Part shown: positions 1 to 12,833 of the stretch, in pieces
Layout: each line of letters begins with the position of its first letter
How positions within the stretch are numbered: the stretch's first letter is position 1
Assembly: GCA_973895155.1 (NCBI GenBank)
Contig: OZ316892.1
Coordinates: forward strand, 30,386,932-30,450,931
Origin: Marsupella aquatica
Taxonomy: Eukaryota; Plantae; Marchantiophyta
Length of the DNA: 64,000 bases
Direction: 5' to 3'
Program-made: the position numbers and the translations under genes
The notes under the pieces: model-generated
The model's input: the letters and a program-made list of their open reading frames with translations, nothing else
The model's database searches: none
Told to the model about the DNA's origin: nothing

Positions 1-133
1 GTAGGATGAGATAACTGAAAGCACATGCATGATACTATGAATCTCCAAGAGGACATGATTCTTGTACTGCTTCTTGACATCTAAAATCTACATAACATGA
101 CTCACACTACAAACAAATAATGGCATGACATTG

Positions 134-3100
134 TTATGGATCCTCTATGAACTTGCTTGGCCATAATACCAAAGAACCTGCAGCATCTCCAAGTGTCTTT
201 TGAGGAGGATCATCATTTGTGTTTGGAATGGGAAGGACAGCTTTAGGTTTCACTAGTAATGTGACTAACACTACTGAATAACCTGGGGGAATCCTCTTGC
301 CATGGAACGTTGTGGAACCAACCTGCACTCTGGCAAATCCTACTCGTGTTCCACTCTCATCAACAGCTAACAAGCCACTTTGTCCCTCAGCATTAGGTGC
401 TTTCCCCACTTCCACCTTAGATCTTTCTGCCAGCACTGTTCTTGGAGGTTTGTATGAAACCTTTGATGTGGCTCTGCTCCCACCAGCAGACTTGCTTCGT
501 GTGCGCATGCTTCCTCTCTTCACAGTAGTGAAGCTAGGCTCAGTAGGTTCCTCTGTTAGGACTGTCACAGTAGCAGGTTCATCACCTGGGAGTGTCATAC
601 CAACTAACTCTTTGGTTGGATTTATCTCAACAAGAGGCACACCTGTCATTGAGAATGATACATTCTGCAAATCATTTATCTCTGCAATGGAGTCAAGATC
701 TACATAGCATGAATCTGGCTCAATGGTATCATTGTCATGCTTGCTGATATCCTCATTTGCCCCAACATTGATATCATCCACTCCCTTGCCAATGTCATCC
801 TCATCCAAACATGGTTGACTGCCCTCTGTCAAACAAGTTGCTTGTACAGACTGCAACTTTGTTGCCTCTAAATTACAGAGAGTATTTGCCAGGTTCTCAT
901 ACTTCTTCTCTGTAGCACCTGTCTTATTCTCTATGGACACAACAACCACAATATATGTTACTGAAAATAACACATTCAACAAACAATGTCAATTCAAACT
1001 ATACATTTAATAATCATATCCCACACAGTTGTAAAGGCCTTACCTTCAAGCCTACATGTCGTTGGCATGCCAGAAGAGTGCATCGACTTTGCCACCTCAA
1101 GTGGTGATGGTGGAACTCCTGCAAAATTGGAATCAATTTTATCTCTCACCGACACAACAGCTTCCATTAATGTCTTGAAGTTCACATGGAACAAGTCAGT
1201 CAATGAATTCAAACGTTCATTGATCTCTGGAAGACATGTTTCGACAGCCTTCAAACGACCACTTATCTCTGTAAGTGAAGATCCACCTCCCTACATGACA
1301 CAGGGGTATAGGTTCAATCACTCCATATGAAATGTTGGGCAATATATGCACAATCAATGTTATATACAGTGTACACCTGAAATTCAACGCAGGTCATTCA
1401 ATTACCAATCAGAACTCATATAACTTACATGCTTGGAGGATTCAGATGCACCCTCTTGAGCCCGGGTGTTCACAATTTCAGCCCTCAACTCTTCTTTTGA
1501 AGGGCTTTGCCCCAATTGGGCTTTCTGCACATGCATGGCAAACACAAGTTATCGATCAATATTCAGGGAACGTACACTAAAAAACAAAGTTTACATGTAT
1601 GGGTTTACACTAAAAAATAGTACATAGTGTAGCATAAATTACATAGCTAGGCCATTCATTCTTACCAAACGTTTAGCTGTCGGTGCAGTGCCGGTCCTTC
1701 CTGTCAGATTAGGGTTCTGAACACTCAACCTGGCCTCGGTCATCTGTGAACTCTTCTTTTTTGAAGCATCTGTTACAAAATAAGCTACTAACCTTGCCCA
1801 CACTTTATCATCACAACTGGCTGGTGGAGGCATATCTGGCTTCTCCCCACCTTCCTTCCAAGCCTTATGCATTCTCCACCTCTCTTGCTTGATAATTTTA
1901 CCTGCTGTACTCTCTAGGCAACCTATGTCCACGCCATCATCACTGCCCACATAATTCCATTTGGCAGCAACATTTTCACATACAGTCTTCCAATCTTTTG
2001 GATGCTGTTTTTTAAAATTAATAACACTCACATCTAACCAACGCAATACTTCAGCTTTCAAATCAGCATGCCATCGGTTCTTGCGAGGACACTCAGCATC
2101 CACCCATTGTCTCTCATTCAACTTTACGTTCCCTTTCTTTGTCACCTCCCCTCGTGCACTGCTCTCGGTAGTACTGGGCGTTGTATTGGCCACCCCTTCA
2201 TTCACCCTACCTGGGGTTCTGAAGCCACCTGGGAAAATACAATGCCATTCATGCTTGAGAACTACATATAGCAGAATGGATGACGGCAACATTCAATGCT
2301 TCACTTCAAGAAAAATTCTTCAAACATACATACCTGTAGCTCTGCCTGTAGATGCCTGTGCAAGGACTGCACTCTGAAATTGTTGCGACCCTGGACCACC
2401 TGTCCAGCCTAGTACAGGGGCCGGATGATGTCACTTTCTAGGTATGTGTGTGCAAACATATGTACTGAAAACTAAGTACAAACTGTAGGAAAACAACTGA
2501 ACATTCACCGACATACCTGTCCCCCTTCCGTGCTGCATCTGCATAGGGGCATTAGTGAATACTTGAGTCGATGGTTCGACTGTCCAACCTGCACACATAC
2601 ATTTTCTATCATTATACATGTGCAGAGTCCCCCCCACGTGAATGGACTCCACATATAATGAGTTCTTCCATTGCTGACAAGATCAGACATTACCTGCTCC
2701 TCTTCCAGCGTTTGTAGGTACTGAATTTTGATATCCCTGCCAATTACCTTCACCACCTTCCCAACCTTGTTCATTCCACGACCCACCACCATCCTCCCAA
2801 CCTGGTTCAACCCATGTCTGTCCTTGTGGACATTGGAACTGATCATTACTAGCATTTGCCCAATCAGGTTGGGCAGAATCTGCATGCAATGGCAGGTGGA
2901 CAGAATTTCATGTTGTCTGAAATTCAGGAGTGCCATGCCTTCACAAAGAACTGGCATATAGATATATACTCACATCCCCACGGTTGAGGTGGACGTCCAT
3001 ACCCACGAGATTGTGGGTTTGGACCTGCTCTGCCTCTACCACGGGCATAACCTAGAGCTTGCCCCCTGCCATAGTATTGGGCACCAGCCTGGGATCTACC

Positions 3101-3879
3101 ACTACTACCACCTCGCCAACCTTGATCAGAGGTCAGCCCCCCCTGCTGGTATGGTGCATGCACAGGCTTCGAAGGCAAAACAGAACTGGCAGGACGCTGC
3201 ATCACATCACCAACTACAATGTCAGGAACTAAGCAAGGTACATATGTGTAGTACTGAACATATGAAACCTCTAAACAAGAGTTTTTAACTCAAAACCTTG
3301 TTGGGAAAACTACTTACATGTTTCTTTTGGGGCTGCTCTGTAATGTATTCATCTTCATAACCCCCATCCTCATCCATTTCCTCTGGAAAATACTCATCAT
3401 CTGCATCTTCTTGTCTAGTGTCTGCACCCACCTGTGCAGCATCAATGTCATCTCCACATTCTGCCATTGTAGGTACGACCTTCTTGCTCAACCTGTCACT
3501 CCGACGCACAGGCCCAGAGATAGTGCTGGTCACCCTTCTTGCGTACTCCTTTTGTTTCTTTGAAAATGCTGTGGCTCTGCGACATTCCAATATGAGAATA
3601 CAGTCACAATTTCAGTGCCACATTGAACTATTCATGTCACACAAACTCAGCGGAGGGGTGTAGTTGAGAATCGTTCCCTTACAATTCAGCCACATCCTTT
3701 TCCAGATCCAGTTCTGCGATTTTGGCTTTCACGTATGCTCGTTGTTCCATAGCTTTCCTTTCATACTCACACATCTCTGTGTCACTCTGTTCCATCCTAC
3801 TGGACCACAAAAACATGTCATCTATGGTCACCCCGTATAACACAATGCAACCACAATCACCAGGCATCCATCCATACAT
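134..3879 (-). CDS. CACTA TnpA/Ptta-like multi-exon gene (exon structure approximate)
   Basis: ORF 1639-2292 has the Ptta/En-Spm-like segment WARLVAYF..SKKKSSQMTEAR..NPNLTGRTG. ORF 134-982 ends in a Tnp1/En-Spm-like C-terminal domain (FHGKRIPPGYSVVLV..LPIP..TLGDAAGSLVLWP). Short intervening exons show GT-AG signals. Confidence 0.7.
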
Positions 3880-3951
3880 CTGTGTTGCTTCAGAATTACT
3901 TTATTACACATCCTTCCCCTCACTAATGTCTATGCAAACAATTCACATTAC

Positions 3952-6900
3952 TCATGGCACAGGCACACTGTTGGCATCTGCATCTCTGAATTCGCCTCCT
4001 TCAGCAAATGCATCTACCCTTGTCACAGGAATGAAGTCCCCGCTATCATGAACTACAGGCACTTGGTCTGAACGCCGACGATCAAAGGCACTATGAGAGT
4101 GTAAATGAAACTCAAGGTTTGATCCTTCCATCCGGCGTTGCCTGGCCTGTTTATGACACACTACACGCCAACCTGGGGAGTCTTCCACATCCAGGAAGAA
4201 AGCTTGCTCCACCTGACTAGGAAACACAAATGGCTCAGACCATTCGGGCAATTTCCCTCTGAAATTGGCCAGCAAGAAACCGTCGTTGTCTCTCTTCATG
4301 GTAGCCCTGTTACCAAGCCAATCCTGCCGCACCCATGAACCTTTCATAAGAATCACAGGACTGGACACCGCCCCATAGTCCAGAGCCCATATGTCAACTA
4401 ATTCTCCCACATATCCCATCTCCATCCAGGCCCTGTCGTGATTGTGGCTCTGTTGCTCAAATACAGTGATGAGCCCGCAGTCATTCGTCACCCTGTAGGC
4501 ACTGTCACCATCCTTCACTTGGAAGTGATTCCCATATGCTCTCATCTGTTTGTAAGTCTTCACTTTCAGGCTAGGGGCATTAGACAGTAGGTAAACATCT
4601 GCATCCATGTCTGGGTGGGTCTCGTGATGCTCTCTAATTGCCACTCTGATCCACTCCATGAAACCTGGAAAAGTTGTTCCTGCAGTGGGATGGGCCGCCT
4701 TCAATGACTCATACTCCCTGAACGAACAACCACACAGCATTAGCTTGGGTAAACATGAACAGGCTGAAGGAGAAAACCACACGAACACAACATTTAAGCT
4801 CATGAACTGGATTATAGCACATGTATGCACTCACTGTATCCAGGGTTCCATCACCACAGTGTTGTGCAATACAAAGTCATGTGCCAAGTCTCTCATAGAT
4901 ATGGTCAGGTTCTTTGTGGTTGCAGCCCCTTCCAGTACTTCACCTACCACCCCTTCCTCCTCATCAGAATTCCACACCCTGGTCTTCACATGCTCATATT
5001 GTGCTATGTATTCGGTCAGAAATCCCAGAGTCTCATCCTTGATGTAACCTTTAGCCATGCTTGCTTCAGGTTTGTAATATGTTCTCACGTGACCTTTGAG
5101 TAGCTTCATGTACCGTTCCAAAGGGTACAACCAACGAGCACTCACAGGCCCAAATTGGTGTAGCTCTTCCACAACATGGACAAGTAGGTGGGTCATGACA
5201 TCAAAAAATGCGGGAGGAAAATAAATCTCCAGGTCACACAGCACCTGAGCGACATCTTCTGTCAGTTGTGGGAAGTGTGTTTCATCCCAAACCTTCACAC
5301 AAATACGACGAAACACATCACTGAGTCGCATGATCACAGTACGAACAGGCTTCTGCAACAGGCCCCTCAGGCATAAAGGCAACACCTGTTGCATCAACAT
5401 ATGGTAGTCATGGCTTTTCATACTACCAAGCTTTCTAGTCATGATATGCTTCTTGAAAGCACTGCCATAGTTTGAAGGAACCTTCAAAGAACTCAACCTC
5501 TGCACAAATAGTTCCCACTCTGTGTCTGTCAGAACATAGGGCGCTTGGTACTTCAAGAGCACATCAGCTCTGTGGGCATGTGGCCTCAACCAAAGATGGG
5601 GTTTCATTCCCCTCTGTTCAAGATCCAATCTCACTGAACCAGTGTCTTTCTCTCCACACAAGAATCTGAGTAGACTCTCACAAATATTCTTTTCAATGTG
5701 CATAACATCAATGTTATGTTTGCTTGGCTCAAACTCCTGCATCGTTGCAATGCAAAAGCGTCAGGAAATGCCTCAAGTTTAGTCTCTCTCTTCGAAATGA
5801 ATGCACATGCTCTGAACCAAAACATGTATCCCAATTAGCATCAACTCCAAGAGGCTTACCCTCCAGTACTTGAGCTCCAAGTCCAATATGCTCAGTCTTT
5901 TTACACCATATCGCTTTATTGGATCACTCACTCCATCTTCCCTGCCCCCTCGTTTGATATAGTCATCCCTCAGTGCTCCCCACTGCCTGATCTCCTCTTT
6001 GGTCACTCGTGCCGGGGGTCCACGTTGCTCAATCTCATTGCCAAAGTGTGCAATCAGTGCCTGTCTTTCTCTGTAAGGGTGATCTGTCTTCAGAAAACGA
6101 CGATGGCCCATGTATATCACTTTCTGCAGGGCTCTGGAGTACTCACTGGTGACATTGCGCCCACAGATAGTACAAGCACAATATCCTTTTGTTGTTTGGC
6201 CTGATATCATCCCATGGGCTGGGTAGTCAGCTATAGTCAGAATGACAATGGCTCTAAGGATGAATGGGTTTAACCTCCCAAGCCTCTGTAGGACATCATA
6301 TGTGAGAACTCCTTCCTCCCAAAGCTTTCTCAATTCCTCCACTAGGGGAGCCAGAAACACATCTATGTTGGCAGATACAACACTGTCTGGCCCTGGTATC
6401 AGTAGGACCATCAGAACAAAAAATCGCTTTGTAGTCATCCAAGGAGGAAGGTTATAATTCAAAATAGTTACAGGCCAGCATGAAAATTTGTTGTTCTTGT
6501 CTCCAAATGGGTTTACCCCATCCAATGACAGCCCAAGTCTGACATTCCTCGGCTCAGCAGCAAATTCGGGATACATCTCATCTATGAGTTTCCATTGCCT
6601 TGAATCTGCAGCATGTCGTTGTAGCCCATCATCACTTTTCTTGTCAGTTGCCCAAGTCATCATCTCCGAGATGGCACGGCTTCTGAACATCCGCTGAAGT
6701 CTGGGAATGAGTGGAAAATGACGAAGTACCTTGGCGGGAACCATAGACTTTCCTGAGTTCCGATACCTGTGCTTCCCACACTTAGGGCATGTCAACGATT
6801 CTTTATACTCCTTTCTGAAAAGAACATGCCCATCAGGACAGGCATGGATCGAATCATAGTTCAATCCAAGATTAGATATGCATCTTTTTGCCTCGTACAT

Positions 6901-7683
6901 GTTCTTGGGCAAAATATTACCATCTGGTAGCACAGTTGTTCGCAAGAATGCCAACAACTCAAAAACCAAAACGTTGGGGACATTGTGGTTGCCGCAAATG
7001 TTCAGGAACATGATGACAAATCCCAGTTTAGAACATTTGCTACCGGGGTACAAAGACTTCCTGCCTTCCTGTATTTGTAGGGGAGAGCCAAACATCCCAT
7101 CATGCCCAGGGGTTTCCTGCCCTATCTCAAACTCATCAAGAGGCTCTTTGACAGGGGGCACACTTGCATCTGCAGCCGTATCCTCTTCATTGTCCAGCCC
7201 ATCATGAAATGCATCCAAGTCTTGGAAGATGTCTCTCACCATCTCTTCCACATGAATTCCTTCGTCACGTGGTGCTGCCTGAGCACCATCCCGTTGGAGA
7301 GCTGACAACCCACAGAGACCAGCTACAACATTTTCAAATGCACCAGGCAGAACCTCACTTGCCCGTCTTGCAGCATTGGCAGCATCAAATTCTAACCTCC
7401 ACTCCTCGTCGGAAGAATCTTCCTCTGCAGGATCATTCCAAACTCGATGTCGTGGATCTCTTCCATGAACCGCGATATGCCGCCAAACCTCATTCAGACC
7501 CCTGGTACGGGATCCTTGGCAGATTGCACAAGGACATCTCATCCTACTGGCTCCTGAAAGTCTGGTTCGTAACCTTTCACGTTGCCAAAGCTTATTATCA
7601 TGGCGTGATATCCTTGTGGGATGATGCAAAGGCAGTGCCTGTGCCCCGGGCTGGGTCTGGGGAGGGTGGTGACCAAGGTGCAT
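3952..7683 (-). CDS. CACTA TnpD-like transposase (Transposase_21 + DUF4218 + DUF4216), at least 3 exons
   Basis: Motifs MRCPC..C, IHACP..LFR..CPKCG..RY, RNVRLGLSLDGVNPF, WPV..YNLPPW, DVMHIEKNI, KSHDYH, FFDVMTHLLVH, W.YP.ERYM..LK and EPFVFPSQVEQAFF. GT-AG introns at 5737-5859 and 4718-4834 join the ORFs in frame. Confidence 0.93.
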
Positions 7684-8116
7684 TGTAACAGGCTGGGAGC
7701 TCTGCAGTCATGGACAGCAGTGAACAAGGATGCCTAATGGTGGTATTTGTGTTCCATATATCCCTGACTGTATCTGCCAAAAGAGTTAACATAACGTGTA
7801 CTAAATTCTCACAAACCCTAAACCACCCCAAAAGAAAAAAACAGGTTCGCAAGTAGTGTACCTATTGTCAAGTGAATGACACAAAATTTCTAAATGTTGG
7901 AGGGTGTCACCACCTCCTCCGCTGTCCTCAAATGTACCGCCTCTGCATGTACGTTTACAGTGACACCCCCAGGCAGCAGGAAACAACAATCTGCCAACAG
8001 TAAAATAAGCCCAACTGCCACCAACAATAACAAGGTACATTAGTTCAAAGATCACATTTATTTCAATGATCTGATTTATACAAAAAAACTTGTGTCCAAA
8101 CTGATGCTACTACTCC

Positions 8117-8995
8117 TCACTCTGATTCAGAATCGCTAATGACCCATTCCTCACTTGTTGTCTCATAGTCCTCTCTGTAAGGATCCTGACCCTTCCGTGG
8201 CCAGGCCTCAAAAAGATCATAGTCCATTGGGTTTTGACGCTTCCCAGCTACTACTGATTCCACAAGCCAAGCATATGAAACCACAAACACATTATGGGAC
8301 ATGACATAAAAGCGAATGTCTCCCTTCCCAAACTTGCGGCAGGCTTTGGGATATGACTTAGTAATGACATGAGTGGTGTCCTCTGTTATATTCTCCTCCA
8401 CTGTCCCACCTAGGTCAAGCACTGTGGACTTGTACACTTTGCACTTAACCTCTCCAATTCCCGCCTCCACAAATACCATGCTCAGCCCTTTCAGAATGGG
8501 GGTTGGTTGCTTCGTCTCCTCAGCCAACATACTCTTCAGCCTTGTAGAGCTCTGTCCTTTGTTGAGTACAGGTCCATATTGGAGATCAGCAAGCCGTGCC
8601 TTTGCTTCCCAGATTTCTTGTTCAGCCCAAGCTGATGCAGTAGCTTCTTCATCCTCCCACAACTCATATTGCTCAGTATCCTGTACAATCTTATGTGCTA
8701 TGGAATCTGTGATCCAAGAGGCCTCAACTACTTTTAGGCCTTGCTTAGTAATTGCAGAATTCATGTAGGACCATGACCACTTCTTTATCACTGATAGCCA
8801 TGTCCCTGCAACAACATGTGTAGTCTCTGGAGTGATGTCCTGAACTACAGTGCCATGGAGCTCAGAGAATCGTTTCTGTACAGTTGGCCAATGCACTTTG
8901 GTCAACCCATGCTGGCCATGGACCAAAATCGCTCTGACCCCTGTAAACACTGCTGGGTGGTCACACTTTCTACGTTTACCAGGCTCCATGTACAC
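8117..8995 (-). CDS. Intronless tandem BRCT-domain protein (DNA polymerase lambda-type BRCT), CACTA cargo
   Basis: Two repeats of hydrophobic strand..LxGTV..ITxxTTHV..VVxxxW(I/L)x(D/E)S..YxL. The second repeat (VFVEAG..LGGTVEE..THVI..KFGK..YAWLVES..G..YDL) resembles the plant Pol-lambda BRCT as I recall it. Confidence 0.8.
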   Translation of the reverse strand: MYMEPGKRRKCDHPAVFTGVRAILVHGQHGLTKVHWPTVQKRFSELHGTVVQDITPETTHVVAGTWLSVIKKWSWSYMNSAITKQGLKVVEASWITDSIAHKIVQDTEQYELWEDEEATASAWAEQEIWEAKARLADLQYGPVLNKGQSSTRLKSMLAEETKQPTPILKGLSMVFVEAGIGEVKCKVYKSTVLDLGGTVEENITEDTTHVITKSYPKACRKFGKGDIRFYVMSHNVFVVSYAWLVESVVAGKRQNPMDYDLFEAWPRKGQDPYREDYETTSEEWVISDSESE

Positions 8996-9581
8996 ACACC
9001 CTACGTGATGACAGTGAATTTTGGAAGAATGGGTTCACCTGACAATACAAGGACAACAAAATTCCTGCTTTTTGAGTTGATTTGGCCCACTGGTGCTCAG
9101 GTCCGATTTTGATAGGTACAAGGGATATGTGAACAATACGTACTAGGCACCTGCACGGATGCAGGACATTGTTTGAATATATACTACAAAATCCATATCC
9201 GTGGTGAAATGAAGTGCAACCAACTTGTCATGGCACATACATATTTTGTTGTAAAGGAGGATACATTCAATGACAAACTTATAGGGCAATTTGATTAATT
9301 GCATGCCTGATAATTTATACGCTTACAACTTAGACGTCCTGTTTTAATTTAGCAGTGTGATGAAAGTGTTTATGAAAATGACCACTCAGCCTAAATACTT
9401 CCAAGAAGGCTTGTAAGGATAAGTTTGTATAGGCATGTACCCAGCCACTGACGCCAGAGCACAAGATAAGTGCTGCCTATATAAACTCGCCTACCCAACT
9501 CCTTTTCAAAATTGGAATCTCTGCAATCTCAAAAAATAGTACATCCACATCAGGTGCACTGTGCATGTACAATGTTCAGCT

Positions 9582-10262
9582 TCACAGCCAAGATATGTGA
9601 TCTCTCACAAGAGTGCGCGAGGTAGGATCAATGGCATGGCGATGACAATAAAATATCCATCGATCAACACCATGTGCAGAGTGATCATAGATTTCTCTGT
9701 CACAAGCATAACCCTCTGCTTGATGATCTTTCAGGCAATGATAGTGCCACATAGTGGGACACCTAGCACAGTGGACTATGTCAGTCCAGTAGTCATCATC
9801 ATGCTCACCACATGCCTTGCACCTATGAAGTGGGCAAGCTGTGGCATGAGCAGGCAAACACTCAAAACAGAAAAATCTCACACAAAAACGGTCTGGACAT
9901 TTCCTAACATTTGCTGCAGCATCAACAGAGCCCTCATAGGACCCCAACTTCCCACACTGTGCACACTTAGCCTGCTTCTCCAAACAATCAGTGCACATCC
10001 AGTCTCCCTGGTGTGTTGACGGGAGGCCCACCCCTGGACAGTTGTTTTCTGCAGCAAGGTCAGACTCCGGGTTGAGGTGGAAATGCCTCATGCAAGGGCC
10101 CTCACAAATGACCAGGCCCCCACCATCGTCACAAATGGCACAACAATGAGCTGCCTTCTGGAAAATCTGACTTGCAGAGAAGTTAGTAGCATCTGCCCCA
10201 AGTACACCTGTGTTTCTCACCTCTGTCACACGCTTTTTGGCTTGAATTTTAGGCCGTGCCAT
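9582..10262 (-). CDS. Intronless EDM2/NSD-type composite PHD finger protein, CACTA cargo
   Basis: CAICDDGG.L..CEGPCMRHFH..C..VGL..WMCTDC..CAQCGKLGS..CPLHRCKAC..CARCP..HYHCL..IFYCHRHAID..T.VRDHI follows the EDM2 PHD region layout. Confidence 0.85.
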   Translation of the reverse strand: MARPKIQAKKRVTEVRNTGVLGADATNFSASQIFQKAAHCCAICDDGGGLVICEGPCMRHFHLNPESDLAAENNCPGVGLPSTHQGDWMCTDCLEKQAKCAQCGKLGSYEGSVDAAANVRKCPDRFCVRFFCFECLPAHATACPLHRCKACGEHDDDYWTDIVHCARCPTMWHYHCLKDHQAEGYACDREIYDHSAHGVDRWIFYCHRHAIDPTSRTLVRDHISWL

Positions 10263-10273
10263 GCCTGCGCATG

Positions 10274-10417
10274 AGATAGACTCTACAATTTAGCAGACTG
10301 CACAGAAAGTAATATATATTTAGCATTTAAGGTACAAAGGCATTTAGATAGACTCTACAATTTAGCAGACTGCACAGAAAGTAAAATATATTTAGCATTT
10401 AAGGTACAAAGGCATTT
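10274..10417. repeat. 72-bp tandem duplication immediately upstream of the PHD ORF
   Basis: AGATAGACTCTACAATTTAGC...AAAGGCATTT occurs at 10274-10345 and 10346-10417 with one mismatch. Confidence 0.9.
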
Positions 10418-11032
10418 GCTACTGCAATGAATTGGAATGGCCACACAAGGATGCAGAGCACACATACTTTTGGTATGTTGAGCCCACACACAAAACTGAT
10501 CCCCTAATACAATTTCTCCACCAACACCTCAATTTTAATTGTGGCTATGATTCACCAAAGGAGATCTGCAACAACATTTCATGCATTTGAATCACATACA
10601 ATAGTCGTGACATGTAAAACAGGCATTCTTCGAAGAGGATTGGTATGAAGCAGTGTCATAAGGGTTGAAATTTATACATCCTAAATAGGTTATGATAGTG
10701 GCTGAGACAAATAAGTGAGGCATAAATCATTTTGCATATTATCACATGGCCCATTAATTCATTCAACGTTGCAATGTTCACCAGGTTAAAGCAGTCATGA
10801 AAGTAGTCTTTCAATAGAGACTTTTATGCGAGTTTGCTAGCCTCTTAAATTAGGATATTTTGCTTAGTGCAGGCATAATAGGATATAAGTTATGTACTGT
10901 TGACCCTAAACCCTGGACCCAAAATTGCTCATACATCAAAATTTTAAGTAAATATCCTCTGTGTTGAAGTCAGAGTGTTAAGCTATAGGTCAATGGTATC
11001 TGGTCTGTGCATGCGGTGTGACAAGTGGTCCT

Positions 11033-11482
11033 CTAGAGCATGTGATCCAAACATGTGTAGACACCAAAGTCACCGGTGGTGGGGTCTGGGAGGGCAGGAC
11101 AAGTGACATCACCAGGCACACTGCAGGATGGCGAGTGGTTCCAGATGATACATTGTGCTCTGTGCAAAAATCGGCATCCAAGAGAACGGTCATCCAATTT
11201 TGGGCCAGAAGCCCTACAGGCAGGACAGTCATATTGGCAACTGTGTACACACCCTTGGCACCTAATTTGTGGCGGGTCATGTACAAGAGACACAAATACC
11301 AAGGATGTCGGGAAGGGTACTGAAGCAGGTAGAGGCCGGCTGTAGTTGTTCCTAGAAACAACAGGGTACTCAAAGTACCATGCAGACTGGGCTGGAAGGA
11401 TCCCAAGTCTGACATACTCAAGGCGCAACATCTCTGCCTTGCGTGCAAGTCGCACATGTTCAGCGTTGCGGGTCCTCACCAT
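11033..11482 (-). CDS. Small Cys/His-rich ORF of unknown function, possible third cargo gene
   Basis: ATG-initiated 149-aa ORF on the same strand as the other cargo genes, with CxxC/CxxxC clusters (RCQGCVHSCQYDCPAC). No recognised family. Confidence 0.35.
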   Translation of the reverse strand: MVRTRNAEHVRLARKAEMLRLEYVRLGILPAQSAWYFEYPVVSRNNYSRPLPASVPFPTSLVFVSLVHDPPQIRCQGCVHSCQYDCPACRASGPKLDDRSLGCRFLHRAQCIIWNHSPSCSVPGDVTCPALPDPTTGDFGVYTCLDHML

Positions 11483-12492
11483 AAGTGTTGCTTTCGTTGT
11501 GATGTCCTCTGTTCACGTCCTTTGATGAGCAAGGTGAGCAGGAGGTCGACTTGCCTCGCCAACAGCAACCACCTAAACTAATCAGTTCCCACTCATTGTC
11601 TTGGTTCCAACTACAGGTCATAGTATACACATAGCATGAAACGTGCATAGTACATATTTGATTCTGAGTTTATGAGTTTCCTAAGACAAAGAGCTTGGTG
11701 ATAAACCCATATTCTCGACGGACATGTATATCAATCATATTAAACTCCTGTTTTTTCATCCAGAAAGACCGAAAGTCTCACCTTGCAGGTTGCAGAAGAG
11801 AGAAAATTCACTGGTTGTCGTGTTGTGCAAGTGAACCTCCACTGATGCCCCGGTGTAGCCCCTCAGATGCAGGTGACACTTACCAACTCCCAAGTTGCCT
11901 GGTCTAACAGAAAATGCTTATATCTTCAGAACTTTATAGAGCAAGTACATGATCACATACTTCTGGATCTATTCATATTTGGAACTCTTGCCAACTACAA
12001 CTCCCATTATGCACAAGCTCACATCAATAGAGAAAGATACAGAATGCATACTTACTATGGCTCTAAGCACCTTCACTACCTTGTTGAACCCAGTCCTGAA
12101 GTCTTTTCAGCGTGTTTGTTGTGCTGTCTCCTTTGGCACCCAACACCTTAGTCCTTGATGTAACAGAATGCGATTTTACAAGTTAGATGCTTTGGAACCT
12201 TCTATGGTCTTAGCTGAATTGATGTCATCGTAAGTGGTGAAAGACAAGGAAGACGAAAGCTGGTTGAAGAGCTGTGGACAACACACTAGCATGAAGTGCT
12301 TCAACCAATCCACTGCCAAACGGAACTCTTACACAGTCACATTCTTTTAGTAAACAAAAACTCAGTCAAACTTCAGAATCAAAGTACAGACTCTGAAGGA
12401 CCAAAGGAGGATGTTGTGAGTTTCTCTGTTGTTTAATGTGTTACCCTTCTAGTTTCGAAGTTAGCAAATGCTGAATAATGTGTCTACCAGAT

Positions 12493-12833
12493 CTTCAAAA
12501 AGAAGCCCACCACAATTAAGAACTTCGGTATCTGGGTCCACGTATCAGAGTCGTACAGGTTATCACAACATGTACAAGGAATATTGTGATACCACAAGAA
12601 ACGGAGCTGCAGAGCAGATGTATGATGAGATGGCTTCTTGTCATAGAGTTCGGTTCCCTTGCATCCAGATCATGAAGACTACGACAGTCCCTGTCTCTCT
12701 GTGCAAGCGAGAAAGTACCAAGCAGTTCCATGATTCAAAGATCAAGTTCCCCTTGACGTACTGCAAGATTCAACCTCCATTGCGAAAGCTAAAGAAGACT
12801 TACAAGGCCACCAAGCCCAACACAATTGTTTGA
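12493..12833 (+). pseudogene. RPL18A: Captured 3' exon of 60S ribosomal protein L18a (eL20), frameshifted
   Basis: [62 protein letters not shown]. The upstream [14 protein letters not shown] segment is in another frame and follows an intron-like tract ending in CAG. Confidence 0.9.

Noticed and set aside
297-7688. Plus-strand ORFs overlapping the CACTA genes, and similar antisense ORFs elsewhere
   Set aside because: They are shadow frames of the real minus-strand exons, with no recognisable motifs.
12468-12833. Functional ribosomal protein gene
   Set aside because: It lacks the N-terminal exons, has a frameshift and has substitutions at conserved positions.
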